Shown one piece after another: positions 47,413 to 56,207 of a stretch of DNA of 64,000 nt. The stretch is from Candidatus Poribacteria bacterium (GTDB lineage: Bacteria; Poribacteria; WGA-4E; PCPOR2b): positions 2,676,156 through 2,740,155 of the forward strand of contig OY762266.1 in the NCBI GenBank assembly GCA_963665285.1, in the 5' to 3' direction. Every line of letters starts with the position of its first letter. Position 1 is the first letter of the stretch. The notes below the pieces were generated by a model. The model was not told where the DNA came from. It ran no database searches and saw only the letters and a list, made by a program, of their open reading frames with translations. The position numbers and the translations under genes were made by a program.

Positions 47413-47653
47413 CACAGGCAACCACTTTAGCATAGCACACTTATGTAAAACCACTGAAGTATAGAGGCCATCGGGATTGGCGGCACACCCGCCAATTATG
47501 AATACCCCTATAGGCCATTGAAAATATTTTTTTTCACCTGTCAGGGCCCTGCCAAATCACCGAATCGTGCCGGTGGATTATTGAAACGGAGGTGTAGATT
47601 CCGATGAATCGGGAGATTCCGCTACACGGAAGGGGTTGGCTTTTACCGTTCAA

Positions 47654-47752
47654 CTGCGTAAGTCCCATGATTTAAAGAATTTTACGATTGATTATCTGAT
47701 TTCTCTGTTTAGAAGGCTGAATTCAGATTTGAAGAAACTACAGAATGAATGA
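47654..47752 (+). pseudogene. 3' relic of a second XRE-family HTH gene
   Basis: Encodes ...LRKSHDLKNFTIDYLISLFRRLNSDLKKLQNE*, matching LRNGGLKNFTIDHLVSLLGKLDPHIE of the 43683 XRE protein. The upstream HTH part is not recognisable. Confidence 0.55.
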
Positions 47753-47769
47753 AACTGACTTAGGAAATC

Positions 47770-48420
47770 ATGCAATCACCCCACTATAATGACAATGTTT
47801 TTCTCAATTGTCCATTTGATTCAGCGTATAAGCAGTTGTTTGATGCAATGGTGTTTGCCGTACATGATTGTGGTTTTATCGCCCGCTGTGCTCTTGAAGA
47901 AGGAGATGCAAGCCAAGTCCGGATTGATAAAATTTATGACATCATCGCGGACTGTCGTTATGGAATTCATGATATATCAAGAACGGAATTAGATGCAACT
48001 TCAAGTCTCCCTCGATTTAATATGCCTTTGGAATTGGGAGTTTTTCTTGGGGCAAAGAAATTTGGCATAGACGAACAAAAAAGGAAAAACTGCCTTATAC
48101 TGGACAAAGAACAGTACCGGTATCAACAGTTTATCTCAGATATTGCCGGGCAAGATGTTGAGGCGCATAACAACAATCCTGAAGCAATCGTAACAGTCGT
48201 GCGGAATTGGCTCCGTACTGCATCGGAATGTGAAACAATCCCAAGTGGAAGCATCATTTGGGAACATTACCAAGAGTTTATGGGAGATTTGCCTCAACTA
48301 GCTCAAGAATATCAATTAAAGGTTGAAGAACTAATTTTTAATGATTATACTTCGGTGGTTACGAGATGGTTAAGAAATAGACAAATTGCTTATCGCAACC
48401 TAGTTCGAGGAGGGAATTAG
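47770..48420 (+). CDS. TIR-like / nucleoside 2-deoxyribosyltransferase-like Rossmannoid domain protein
   Basis: N-terminal VFLNCPFD....LF.A.VF....CGF, then IHDISR and PRFNMPLELGVFLG. The N(V/M)xxELG plus a buried N-terminal strand recalls the TIR-like (PF10137-type) and NDT-like families. The C-terminal ~70 aa are unassigned. Confidence 0.45.
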   Translation: MQSPHYNDNVFLNCPFDSAYKQLFDAMVFAVHDCGFIARCALEEGDASQVRIDKIYDIIADCRYGIHDISRTELDATSSLPRFNMPLELGVFLGAKKFGIDEQKRKNCLILDKEQYRYQQFISDIAGQDVEAHNNNPEAIVTVVRNWLRTASECETIPSGSIIWEHYQEFMGDLPQLAQEYQLKVEELIFNDYTSVVTRWLRNRQIAYRNLVRGGN

Positions 48421-48421
48421 A

Positions 48422-50371
48422 ATGGCAAGAGAAAGAATCGTCAAAGACACCCCCAAACGAGGAAAACTCACAGAAAGACAAATTCAACGGGCAGTGGAGA
48501 AGGTTATTTATAGTAGACTCGGCGGTGGAGAAGTGGGGCGGACACACCACATCGAAAGACTTGCCGATCCTGAAAATGCGGTTGCCTACCTCCAAAACTC
48601 TCAAGAAGAATACCGAAAAAACGATGACGCGGTCGCATTTCTGTTAGCACTCCAAACCATCGCCGAAGCGCAGGCAGGGAACGACGGACTTGTTTCCCAA
48701 GTCTATTTATTAAGCGGCGACGTTCACCGCTCACGAGAGGAACATGACTTGGCGATTGAAGACTATAGCACCGTGATAAAATTGACTAACACAGTGATAG
48801 AAATGGATCCAAAAAATGTTGAAGCCTATTCCCGCCGTGGCATAGCTTACCATCACAAAGGTGAGTATGAATCTGCCATTGAAAACTTTACCAAAGCGAT
48901 AAAACTAGATCCAAGCATACCCCAACTCTATTTAGCACGAGGCATAACTTACAATCATGAAGGTGAATATGACTCCGCCATTGAGGATGCCACTAAAGCA
49001 TTAGAATTGAAGCTTGATAGTGCCGAGGCCTATAAGCACCGTGGTCTGGCTTACCAGAGCAGAGGTGATTGTGACCGCAGTAAGAGCGATTATGACCGCG
49101 CCATCGCAGACCTTACCAAAGCGATAGACCTAGCCCCTAATGATACCAATGTGTATTGTGGTCGTGGACATGCTTACCAGAGCAGAGGTGATTATGACCG
49201 CAGTAAGAGCGATTATGACCGCGCCATCGCAGACTTTACCAAAGCGATAGACCTAGCCCCTAATGATGCTAGAGCTTATAGCGGTCGCGGTTATGCCCAT
49301 CAAAGCAAAGGCGATTATGACGAGGCCATCAAAGATTGTACAAAAGCAGTAGCACAAGCCCCTAATGATGCTAAAGTTTATAATCATCGCGGAGTTGTCT
49401 ATTATCACAAAGGCGATTATGACGAGGCCATAACAGACTTTGATAGAGCAATACAACTCAACCCTGATTATGCCCAAGCCTATAATAGTCGTGCGGCTAT
49501 CTATTGTGAAAATGGCAAAGTTGATCTTGGCATCCTGGACCTTAATAGGGCGATACAAGTCAACTCGAATTATGCCCAATCCTATAGTAATCGTGGTATG
49601 GCTTACGGGGTCAAAGGCGAGTATGAGCATGCCATTGAAGACTTTACCAAAGTGATAGAATTGAATCCCAATGATGCTGATGCCTATTACAATCGCGGTG
49701 TAGCTTTCAGGATCAAGGGTAAGTATGACCATGCCATCGCAGATTGTACCAAAGCGATAGCACTGAATCCCAATGATGTCGATGTGTACGACCATCGCGG
49801 AGTGATCTACTATTACAAAGGTGAGTATGATTATGCTATTTTAGACTTTACCAAGGCGATAACACTGAATCCCAATTACGTCAACGTCTATTACAACCGT
49901 GGTCTAACTTATGTGTTCAAAGGCGAGTATAACCACGCCATCGCAGACTATACCCAAGCGATACAACTCAAATCAGATTATGCCAATGCTTATTACAATC
50001 GCGGTGTAATTTACTGCAAGAAAAACGAGTATGAATACGCTATTGAGGACTTCACCAAGGTAATAGAATTGAATCCCAATGATGCTGATGCCTATTGCAA
50101 TCGTGGCATAGCTTATAGAGCCAAGGGGGAGGTTAACCGTGCCATCGCAAACTATAATATGGCAATACGTCTAAACCCCGATGATGCGGATGCTTATAGC
50201 AATCGCTGGGAGGCGTCGTCACCCCCGGAAGCACACGAAGAAGCCAAATCAGATCAAGTGATTTCCAGAGACATGGGAAGAGATATTGTCACTTCATTTC
50301 ATAGTGAGTATAGAAACAGCCCAACTGAAAATCTACTAGAAGAGATTACCTTAAAGTCGATGGCCGCGTAG
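48422..50371 (+). CDS. Large TPR-repeat protein with an antidote-like N-terminal region
   Basis: The ATG is 1 nt after the upstream TAG. Residues about 48-95 (LADPENAVAYLQNSQEEY...FLLALQTIAEAQ) resemble the HigA-type antidote N-domain. About 14 TPR units follow (AY..RG.AY...G.YD.AI.DF.KAI.L.PN). Confidence 0.8.
   Translation: MARERIVKDTPKRGKLTERQIQRAVEKVIYSRLGGGEVGRTHHIERLADPENAVAYLQNSQEEYRKNDDAVAFLLALQTIAEAQAGNDGLVSQVYLLSGDVHRSREEHDLAIEDYSTVIKLTNTVIEMDPKNVEAYSRRGIAYHHKGEYESAIENFTKAIKLDPSIPQLYLARGITYNHEGEYDSAIEDATKALELKLDSAEAYKHRGLAYQSRGDCDRSKSDYDRAIADLTKAIDLAPNDTNVYCGRGHAYQSRGDYDRSKSDYDRAIADFTKAIDLAPNDARAYSGRGYAHQSKGDYDEAIKDCTKAVAQAPNDAKVYNHRGVVYYHKGDYDEAITDFDRAIQLNPDYAQAYNSRAAIYCENGKVDLGILDLNRAIQVNSNYAQSYSNRGMAYGVKGEYEHAIEDFTKVIELNPNDADAYYNRGVAFRIKGKYDHAIADCTKAIALNPNDVDVYDHRGVIYYYKGEYDYAILDFTKAITLNPNYVNVYYNRGLTYVFKGEYNHAIADYTQAIQLKSDYANAYYNRGVIYCKKNEYEYAIEDFTKVIELNPNDADAYCNRGIAYRAKGEVNRAIANYNMAIRLNPDDADAYSNRWEASSPPEAHEEAKSDQVISRDMGRDIVTSFHSEYRNSPTENLLEEITLKSMAA
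49049..49267 (+). repeat. Recent internal tandem duplication (123-nt period) within the TPR gene
   Basis: 49049-49144 and 49172-49267 differ at only 2 positions by eye. Both encode AYQSRGD(C/Y)DRSKSDYDRAIAD(L/F)TKAIDLAPND. Confidence 0.8.
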
Positions 50372-50428
50372 GAATGAATTTTGAGTTACGACTATGAAAC
50401 AATTCCAATGTAATCGGAGAGATTTTAG

Positions 50429-51517
50429 ATGAAAGCGTGGCGTTTCTATGGATTTAACGATATGCGGTTGGACGAGGTCCCCGACCCAGTTCGTCGTGAG
50501 GGGCATGTAATCGCGGAGATTCTCTGTGTGCAACCCTCCGTCACCGAAGCACAACTGGCTTACGGGATTCCGACCCTCGCTTACGAGCAGATTAAATACC
50601 GATTGGAGACCGAGGCACCGATACGGCTATTCGGGCACGAGTTCTGCGCCCGAATCGTGGAATCTGATGCGGATTCCCAATTCCGTCCGGGCGACCGTGT
50701 AGCAGCCCGCGCCAAGCTGCCCTGTGGCGAATGCTCTCTCTGCCTATCAGAGCGTGGGAACGACTGTCGGCGGGGTCCGATCATTGGATTTCAGCTGCCC
50801 GGCTGCTTCTCCGAGTTCGCCGTCCTACCCGAAATCGCTTTAACGAAAGTGGACGACCGAATTTCTGACAGCGAGGCGGCATGTCTGCAATCGCTCTCCG
50901 ACAGCCTTGCGGCGGTGGATACGGCAGAGATAAATATTGGGGATACCGTCGCTATCTTTGGTCAAGGCAGCATGGGATTGGAGTGTATGCAGGTCGCTCG
51001 TGCGAGCGGTGCGGGTCAGTTGATCACCGTAGATGTCCGAGAGGAAGCGTGCCAAGTCTCTAGGGAGTTGGGTGCTGACCACAGCATCGACGCGAGCCGA
51101 GACGATCCCGTTGAGGTGATTCAGGCGTTGACGGACGGAAACGGTGCCGATGTCGTTTTTGAATGCGCGGGTGGCAGTCCAAAGCAGGGTTTGTCGGGAA
51201 CGAAAACGCTTACACAAGCCATCGCAGCTGTCCGATCGGGCGGCAAATTAAACATCGTTTCGTGGTTTGGGCATCCGATGGAACTTGATGTTGACGCTCT
51301 ACGAGAACGGAGCCTCCGATGTCTGTTCCCGGACATCAGCACACTGGCACACTTGGAACACACGGTGCGGTTGGTCGCCTCCGGACGGATTCGATTGAAA
51401 CCGACCATCAAGCACATTTTATCTGGCATTGACTCTGTTCCCAAAGCCTTCGAGATTACCGCAAACAAAGGCAAATACGGTGCTATCAACCCGGCACAGG
51501 TGATAATGCACGAGTGA
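50429..51517 (+). CDS. Zinc-dependent medium-chain alcohol/polyol dehydrogenase
   Basis: GHEFCARI, the structural-zinc Cys cluster CGECSLCLSERGNDC, and Rossmann GQGSMGL. Confidence 0.85.
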   Translation: MKAWRFYGFNDMRLDEVPDPVRREGHVIAEILCVQPSVTEAQLAYGIPTLAYEQIKYRLETEAPIRLFGHEFCARIVESDADSQFRPGDRVAARAKLPCGECSLCLSERGNDCRRGPIIGFQLPGCFSEFAVLPEIALTKVDDRISDSEAACLQSLSDSLAAVDTAEINIGDTVAIFGQGSMGLECMQVARASGAGQLITVDVREEACQVSRELGADHSIDASRDDPVEVIQALTDGNGADVVFECAGGSPKQGLSGTKTLTQAIAAVRSGGKLNIVSWFGHPMELDVDALRERSLRCLFPDISTLAHLEHTVRLVASGRIRLKPTIKHILSGIDSVPKAFEITANKGKYGAINPAQVIMHE

Positions 51518-51525
51518 TTTATGGT

Positions 51526-51649
51526 GAATTCTAAAAATAAATAGACACTTTCGCCTCTCGGTTTCGATCCCGATTTATCGGGGGCCGGTAGGTGCGGTTT
51601 CCAACCGCACCGGTTTGGAGTGTCTCATTAATTCTAAGATCCACTATAA
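51526..51649 (+). mobile_element. MITE-like repeat, short copy (contains one REP hairpin)
   Basis: AATTCTAAAAATAAATAGACAC...GTAGGTGCGGTTTCCAACCGCACC...GGAGTGTCTCATTAATTCTAAG. The imperfect terminal inverted repeats are flanked by AATTCTAA on both sides. A second copy lies at 55576-55757. Confidence 0.55.
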
Positions 51650-51696
51650 TTTGCAAAAAACAGTTCTTCACACACAATTTTAGAGAGAAAAAACGA

Positions 51697-52473
51697 ATGA
51701 CCGACCCTCAAACGACAGATGCCCTCCAAGCACTCCTCCCACATTTCCGTGAGCACGGTTATGTGATTCTCAAAGACACCCTCACATCCGATGAAGTGAC
51801 GTACTTTCGTGAAATCTACGACCGTGACCGCAAGGAGTTTGGCAGCCCGAACTGCTGGCATCCCTTCTCCAACCAGATGCGAAACTGTAATGCGTTAGTT
51901 ACCTCACCGGAGTTTGACCAACTGCTCCGCCATCCCAAGATTCTGCCGGCGATTGAATTTCTCATGGGCGGACCCGTCTGTTTCGCCGAAATCTGCCTGC
52001 GCCACATGTCACCTTACGATGGTGAACCCCATCAACGGTTCCATCGTGATCGTCCGCATTGGGAGGCGCATCCGCTTCGCATGGACTACCTACAATTGAT
52101 GGTCTACCTCACCGATGTCGATGAAGGAACGCACTGCTTCTCCCTTTCGCCTGAGTCCGTGGATGAGCCGATTTTGGAGATAGCAGCGAACGTCGATCGC
52201 AATGGAAGCGTTGATATTCACGGACCGGCAGGCACTGTCGTGCTTTTCAACATTGCTGTTCCGCATACAGCAACGGTTCGCGTCACACAACGAGAGCGGA
52301 AAACAGTTCAAGCCTATTATGGGCACCGTTCTCGACCATACCTGAGCGACTGCTCTGTGATACCGCCCCGATTCTCGCGTCACGATCCAGATCCAGAGGT
52401 ACGTGCGTTTTACGGCAACCTTAACAAGACGACCCGAGCTTACTTGGCAGCCTTTGATCCCCCATCTGCATGA
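51697..52473 (+). CDS. Phytanoyl-CoA dioxygenase (PhyH) family protein
   Basis: FHRDRPHW, VPHTAT and R. dioxygenase pattern. I chose ATG 51697 because the ORF-track start would translate the MITE-like repeat. Confidence 0.75.
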   Translation: MTDPQTTDALQALLPHFREHGYVILKDTLTSDEVTYFREIYDRDRKEFGSPNCWHPFSNQMRNCNALVTSPEFDQLLRHPKILPAIEFLMGGPVCFAEICLRHMSPYDGEPHQRFHRDRPHWEAHPLRMDYLQLMVYLTDVDEGTHCFSLSPESVDEPILEIAANVDRNGSVDIHGPAGTVVLFNIAVPHTATVRVTQRERKTVQAYYGHRSRPYLSDCSVIPPRFSRHDPDPEVRAFYGNLNKTTRAYLAAFDPPSA

Positions 52474-52507
52474 ATCTTGAATCTCTCTACTGGAAAGGCA
52501 AACCGCT

Positions 52508-54124
52508 ATGAAGCGTAGACACTCCTTGGACGAACCCCGTGTTTTCATGTTCGATGACGGACGGCACGCTGCGAGCCTCTACCAATTTGAACCGCCCCTC
52601 GAACCATCAGACTTTACCTTCAACGTAGACCAACTGGCAGACAGCGGTGTGGACACCCTCATATACTTCGCGGTGCTTGAGGGAGGCATAGTAATGTATG
52701 ACAGCCGCGTCGCGCAGAAGTGGGGCGATAACGTCGTCAAATGGACGCACACGGTCTGGTATCGTGCCGGGCGAAACATCCATCAACTAGTCGCCGACGG
52801 CTATGACCCGCTGAAGCTGCTCTGCGATCGCTGCCACGAAAAAGGGATTTGGTTTATCCCCAGTAATCCGGTCACCCTCTCCGGCGGCGATAGGGCGATC
52901 GACGGCGGGCTGGGTCGTAAGTCCGACTTTGTGTACGAGCATCCAGAGTTTCAGGTGGGTGAGGAGGATGACCCGCGGGCATCGGACGCATCGGTGACGC
53001 GGTTCAGCTTTCTGCATCCGGAGGTTCGTGAGGAACGCTTTCAGGTCTCCGAGGAATTGCTCACCCGTTACCAAACCGATGGCATCGAACTGAACATGAC
53101 TGATTTCGTTCCGTTTTGTAGGTTCGATGAGGTTGAGGAACTCGCGCCGATTATGACCCAATGGGTACGCGACCTGCGCGCAGTGGCTCGGAACGCTGAA
53201 GCGGATCAGGGGCGTCGTAAACGGATCTATGTCCGTATCCCCGCACATCCAGACGCTTGGCGAGCCCTTGGATACGATGTTCCGCTTTGGGTGTCGGAGG
53301 GATTGGTAGATGGCTTAATTTGTCAACCCGGACTCACACAGGGACCCGTAGATCAAGATCCCGATCTCTCAGGCGCGGTAGCGTTGACTAATGGCACTCA
53401 ATGCCGGGTACTTGCATCCTTCCAAAACGTGCTCGGCAGGCAGCTGAAGCAGTACGCCACTCCACCGATGATATGGGCTGCCGCTGCGAATGCGTATGCC
53501 CAAGGTGCAGACGGTTTCGGGATAGGGGACGCCCACTGGACACCCAACGGTTGGCCCTGGACGCACGACGAGTACCAGACCCTGCGACTGTTAGGGCACC
53601 CCGAAATGTTGGCGACAGCCGATAAGCTCTACCGCGTCCGCTCCGAGACACAGGGTGTGACCAAAGGTGTGGGTTGGGCACCCGGTGTATCGACTTCCCT
53701 CCCACAGACATTGATTGAAGGGGAACCAGTCAAGGTACGTCTGCGGATAAGCGACGAACTCGAAAAATGGGGCGCGCTAGGAAGGGTTGAAACCGTTCAA
53801 CTACGAATACGCATGATGGGGATTGAGCCTTTGTTGAACGAGGTGCGAATTGAACTTAACGGACAACCGTTGCCGGATTCCATGCTGGATATAGAAGATC
53901 TGAACTATCGCCTGATAAGTACCGGTGCTGTCGGTCCCTACGGACAGATCTATAAATACCAACTGCCCCCTGCATATTATCCGAAGCCGGGGCATAACAC
54001 GGTGCGCATCACGCTGGTCAGGCGAGATCCGAATATCGAGAATCCCTTTGAGGTTTACGATGTCGATTGCGACATCCGATACCGTCTCCACCGTCACTTT
54101 GGGCGAGAACCGATTGATTATTAG
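52508..54124 (+). CDS. Hypothetical protein, possibly a glycoside-hydrolase-like TIM barrel (GHL10-type)
   Basis: 538-aa ORF in an operon-like string. Weak resemblance to family-10-like glycosyl hydrolase-like proteins (GVDTLIY, CHEKGIWFI). Confidence 0.4.
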   Translation: MKRRHSLDEPRVFMFDDGRHAASLYQFEPPLEPSDFTFNVDQLADSGVDTLIYFAVLEGGIVMYDSRVAQKWGDNVVKWTHTVWYRAGRNIHQLVADGYDPLKLLCDRCHEKGIWFIPSNPVTLSGGDRAIDGGLGRKSDFVYEHPEFQVGEEDDPRASDASVTRFSFLHPEVREERFQVSEELLTRYQTDGIELNMTDFVPFCRFDEVEELAPIMTQWVRDLRAVARNAEADQGRRKRIYVRIPAHPDAWRALGYDVPLWVSEGLVDGLICQPGLTQGPVDQDPDLSGAVALTNGTQCRVLASFQNVLGRQLKQYATPPMIWAAAANAYAQGADGFGIGDAHWTPNGWPWTHDEYQTLRLLGHPEMLATADKLYRVRSETQGVTKGVGWAPGVSTSLPQTLIEGEPVKVRLRISDELEKWGALGRVETVQLRIRMMGIEPLLNEVRIELNGQPLPDSMLDIEDLNYRLISTGAVGPYGQIYKYQLPPAYYPKPGHNTVRITLVRRDPNIENPFEVYDVDCDIRYRLHRHFGREPIDY

Positions 54125-54148
54125 GAAACAACTCTTGGAGGCAAGCTG

Positions 54149-55456
54149 ATGGAATCAACGACAGTTGCTGGATTGCGTGTGAGCACAGGAAGCGTGAATC
54201 TGCTTGCTGATGATTCAATGGTCGTCGCCGGCAGCATCCTGCCGAAGCATGTCACGGGTCAAGAAGGTGAGTTGAGGGCGGTCGCCACTGTGATTGAAAA
54301 ACCACCGACCCCCAAACTTGCCATTGTCGTTTGCGATGTTATTGTTGTGGGACGCGATGACGTTGATGCCGTGGTCTCCGAGATTGAAAGGACGACCGGC
54401 ATTCCCCCCGCTAACATCCTAATCAGTGCCACGCACACACATCACTCGCCGAGTACCATCGTCGTGCACGGCTACGGGCGTGATGAGGTGTTTTGTCAGC
54501 ACTTACGCGAAGGAATTGTCCGGGCTGTCCAACAGGCAGATGCTAACTTAAGCGACAACGAATCCTATTTCTACTTCCATCAAGGCGAAGAAAACACCAT
54601 CGGCGGTAACAGCCGTCTGTTGCTTGCTGACGGCACAATCTGGTGGGTGGGACCCCGTACAGACACGGTGCGCCCAACAGGTCCCTTCGACCCACAACTG
54701 CCGGTTTTCGCCTTTCGTGATGCTGATGATCAACTTCAGGCACTGATGTACAACCATTCCACCCATACGATCGGAACCTGCAACGGGGATGTCCGTTCAC
54801 CCAGTTTCTACGGCTTGGCGGCGCAGGAATTGGAAGCTGAGTTGGGTGGGAGCGTGTGCTTTCTGCCGGGTGCGTTCGGTTCGACGCACAATGTCACCGA
54901 GGTGCCACCTCCCGAAGCGGTCAAGCGACTCAAAGGGGCGATCACCGACGCTATGGAGCAGGCAAAGCCGATGCCCGTTGATAAATTGGCGTCTATCCAA
55001 CGTCCCTTTACGTTCAAGGTTCGGACGTTCGACGAAGTTGTAGAGGACGAAAAGGTATCCTCATACTGCCGTAAGCGTGTGCCGGATGGCGCAGATAGCA
55101 CTATCAATGTCTTCAGAAACATGCGTCAGACCCTCGCGCCCCGACAAGGACAACCCCGTCAAACTACGCTCCAAGCGATAGTCATCGGTGAAGTTGCCAT
55201 TGTCGGTGTGCCGGGTGAACTGTTTACAGGCTTAGGTGTCGATCTCAAGGAACGCTCTCCATTTCAGCACACCTACATTGTCTCGCTCGCCAATGACTGG
55301 ATGGGCTACCTGCCCGATCGGGAGGCACACACGCTCGGCGGCTATCAAACTTGGATGGGACTACACAGCTACGCGGAGGAAGGCACCGGTGAGCGGATGG
55401 TCGATGAGTCCCTCCGTATGCTCCAGCAACTGGCAGAGCAACAACAGCGGGAGTAA
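54149..55456 (+). CDS. Neutral/alkaline ceramidase-like hydrolase
   Basis: TGGAGG SD. The motif ISATHTHHSPS and the preceding VVCDVIVV strand match the N-terminal catalytic domain of non-lysosomal ceramidases. Confidence 0.6.
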   Translation: MESTTVAGLRVSTGSVNLLADDSMVVAGSILPKHVTGQEGELRAVATVIEKPPTPKLAIVVCDVIVVGRDDVDAVVSEIERTTGIPPANILISATHTHHSPSTIVVHGYGRDEVFCQHLREGIVRAVQQADANLSDNESYFYFHQGEENTIGGNSRLLLADGTIWWVGPRTDTVRPTGPFDPQLPVFAFRDADDQLQALMYNHSTHTIGTCNGDVRSPSFYGLAAQELEAELGGSVCFLPGAFGSTHNVTEVPPPEAVKRLKGAITDAMEQAKPMPVDKLASIQRPFTFKVRTFDEVVEDEKVSSYCRKRVPDGADSTINVFRNMRQTLAPRQGQPRQTTLQAIVIGEVAIVGVPGELFTGLGVDLKERSPFQHTYIVSLANDWMGYLPDREAHTLGGYQTWMGLHSYAEEGTGERMVDESLRMLQQLAEQQQRE

Positions 55457-55575
55457 ATTATAGTAAACACGAGAAATAAGGGGACATTTGCCAATAACTC
55501 CGAGCCGCTCGAAGTTTCTGAAGTCCCCCTGACAAGGGGGATTTAGGGGGTTGGTTGTGCATTGAAAGTGTGTCA

Positions 55576-55757
55576 GTAATTCTAAAATCTACTATAAATA
55601 CACACTTTCACTCCCGGTAGGTGCGGTTTCCAACCGCATCACATCGGCACTGTTTCCAACAGTGCCTACCAAACGTGTCTCGTTATCTGGTTTTCCCGTT
55701 TTCTCGTTTTCTCTGATTAGACACCGCACCGGTTTGGAGTGTCTCATTAATTCTAAG
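55576..55757 (+). mobile_element. MITE-like repeat, long copy with an ~85-nt internal insertion
   Basis: Same ends as 51526-51649. The interior carries GTAGGTGCGGTTTCCAACCGCA (55617-55638) plus an inverted second REP, GGCACTGTTTCCAACAGTGCCTAC (55646-55669). Confidence 0.55.
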
Positions 55758-55791
55758 GCCCACCATAAGAAAGGTTCAGAGAGATACCGAT

Positions 55792-56184
55792 ATGGTAGAT
55801 TATTCTTTTGACAGACAGATTGAACCAGCACAATTATAGGGTTTGCTCCGGCAGACGGGTTGGGCAAACCAGAGGAATATTGAGGGCATCCAGAAAATGC
55901 TCGAAGGGACACCCCTCACCTTGGGAGCGTGGGCAGGCGACCGTCTTGTCGGCTTTGCCCGAGTCATAACCGATGGTATCTATCGGGCATTAATCGACGA
56001 TGTGGTTGTGGAGGAGTCGAAACGTGGAACAGGTATCGGTTCAGAGTTAATGCGGCGGTTGATTGAGGAGTTAGCGGAAGTAGAGGAGGTCTTTCTGCAT
56101 TGCGGGGAACAGGTCGTTTCCTTTTACGAGCAGCATCGTTTTGAGCGTTCCTATGGTGTGGTAATGGATCTGAAAAAGGATTGA
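55792..56184 (+). pseudogene. GNAT family N-acetyltransferase interrupted by an in-frame TAG at codon 16
   Basis: ATG 55792 gives MVDYSFDRQIEPAQL, then TAG (55837-55839), then GLLRQTGWANQ...LVGFARVITDG.YRALIDDVVV.E..RGTGIGSELM in the same frame. The ORF track reports only the TTG-started 3' part. Confidence 0.65.
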
Positions 56185-56207
56185 ACCGTAACGAAAGGAA
56201 TGAATAA

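Noticed and set aside
51555-51590. tRNA-like T-arm string GGTTTCGATCCCG
   Set aside because: No acceptor stem, D-arm or anticodon arm can be drawn around it. It lies inside the MITE-like repeat.
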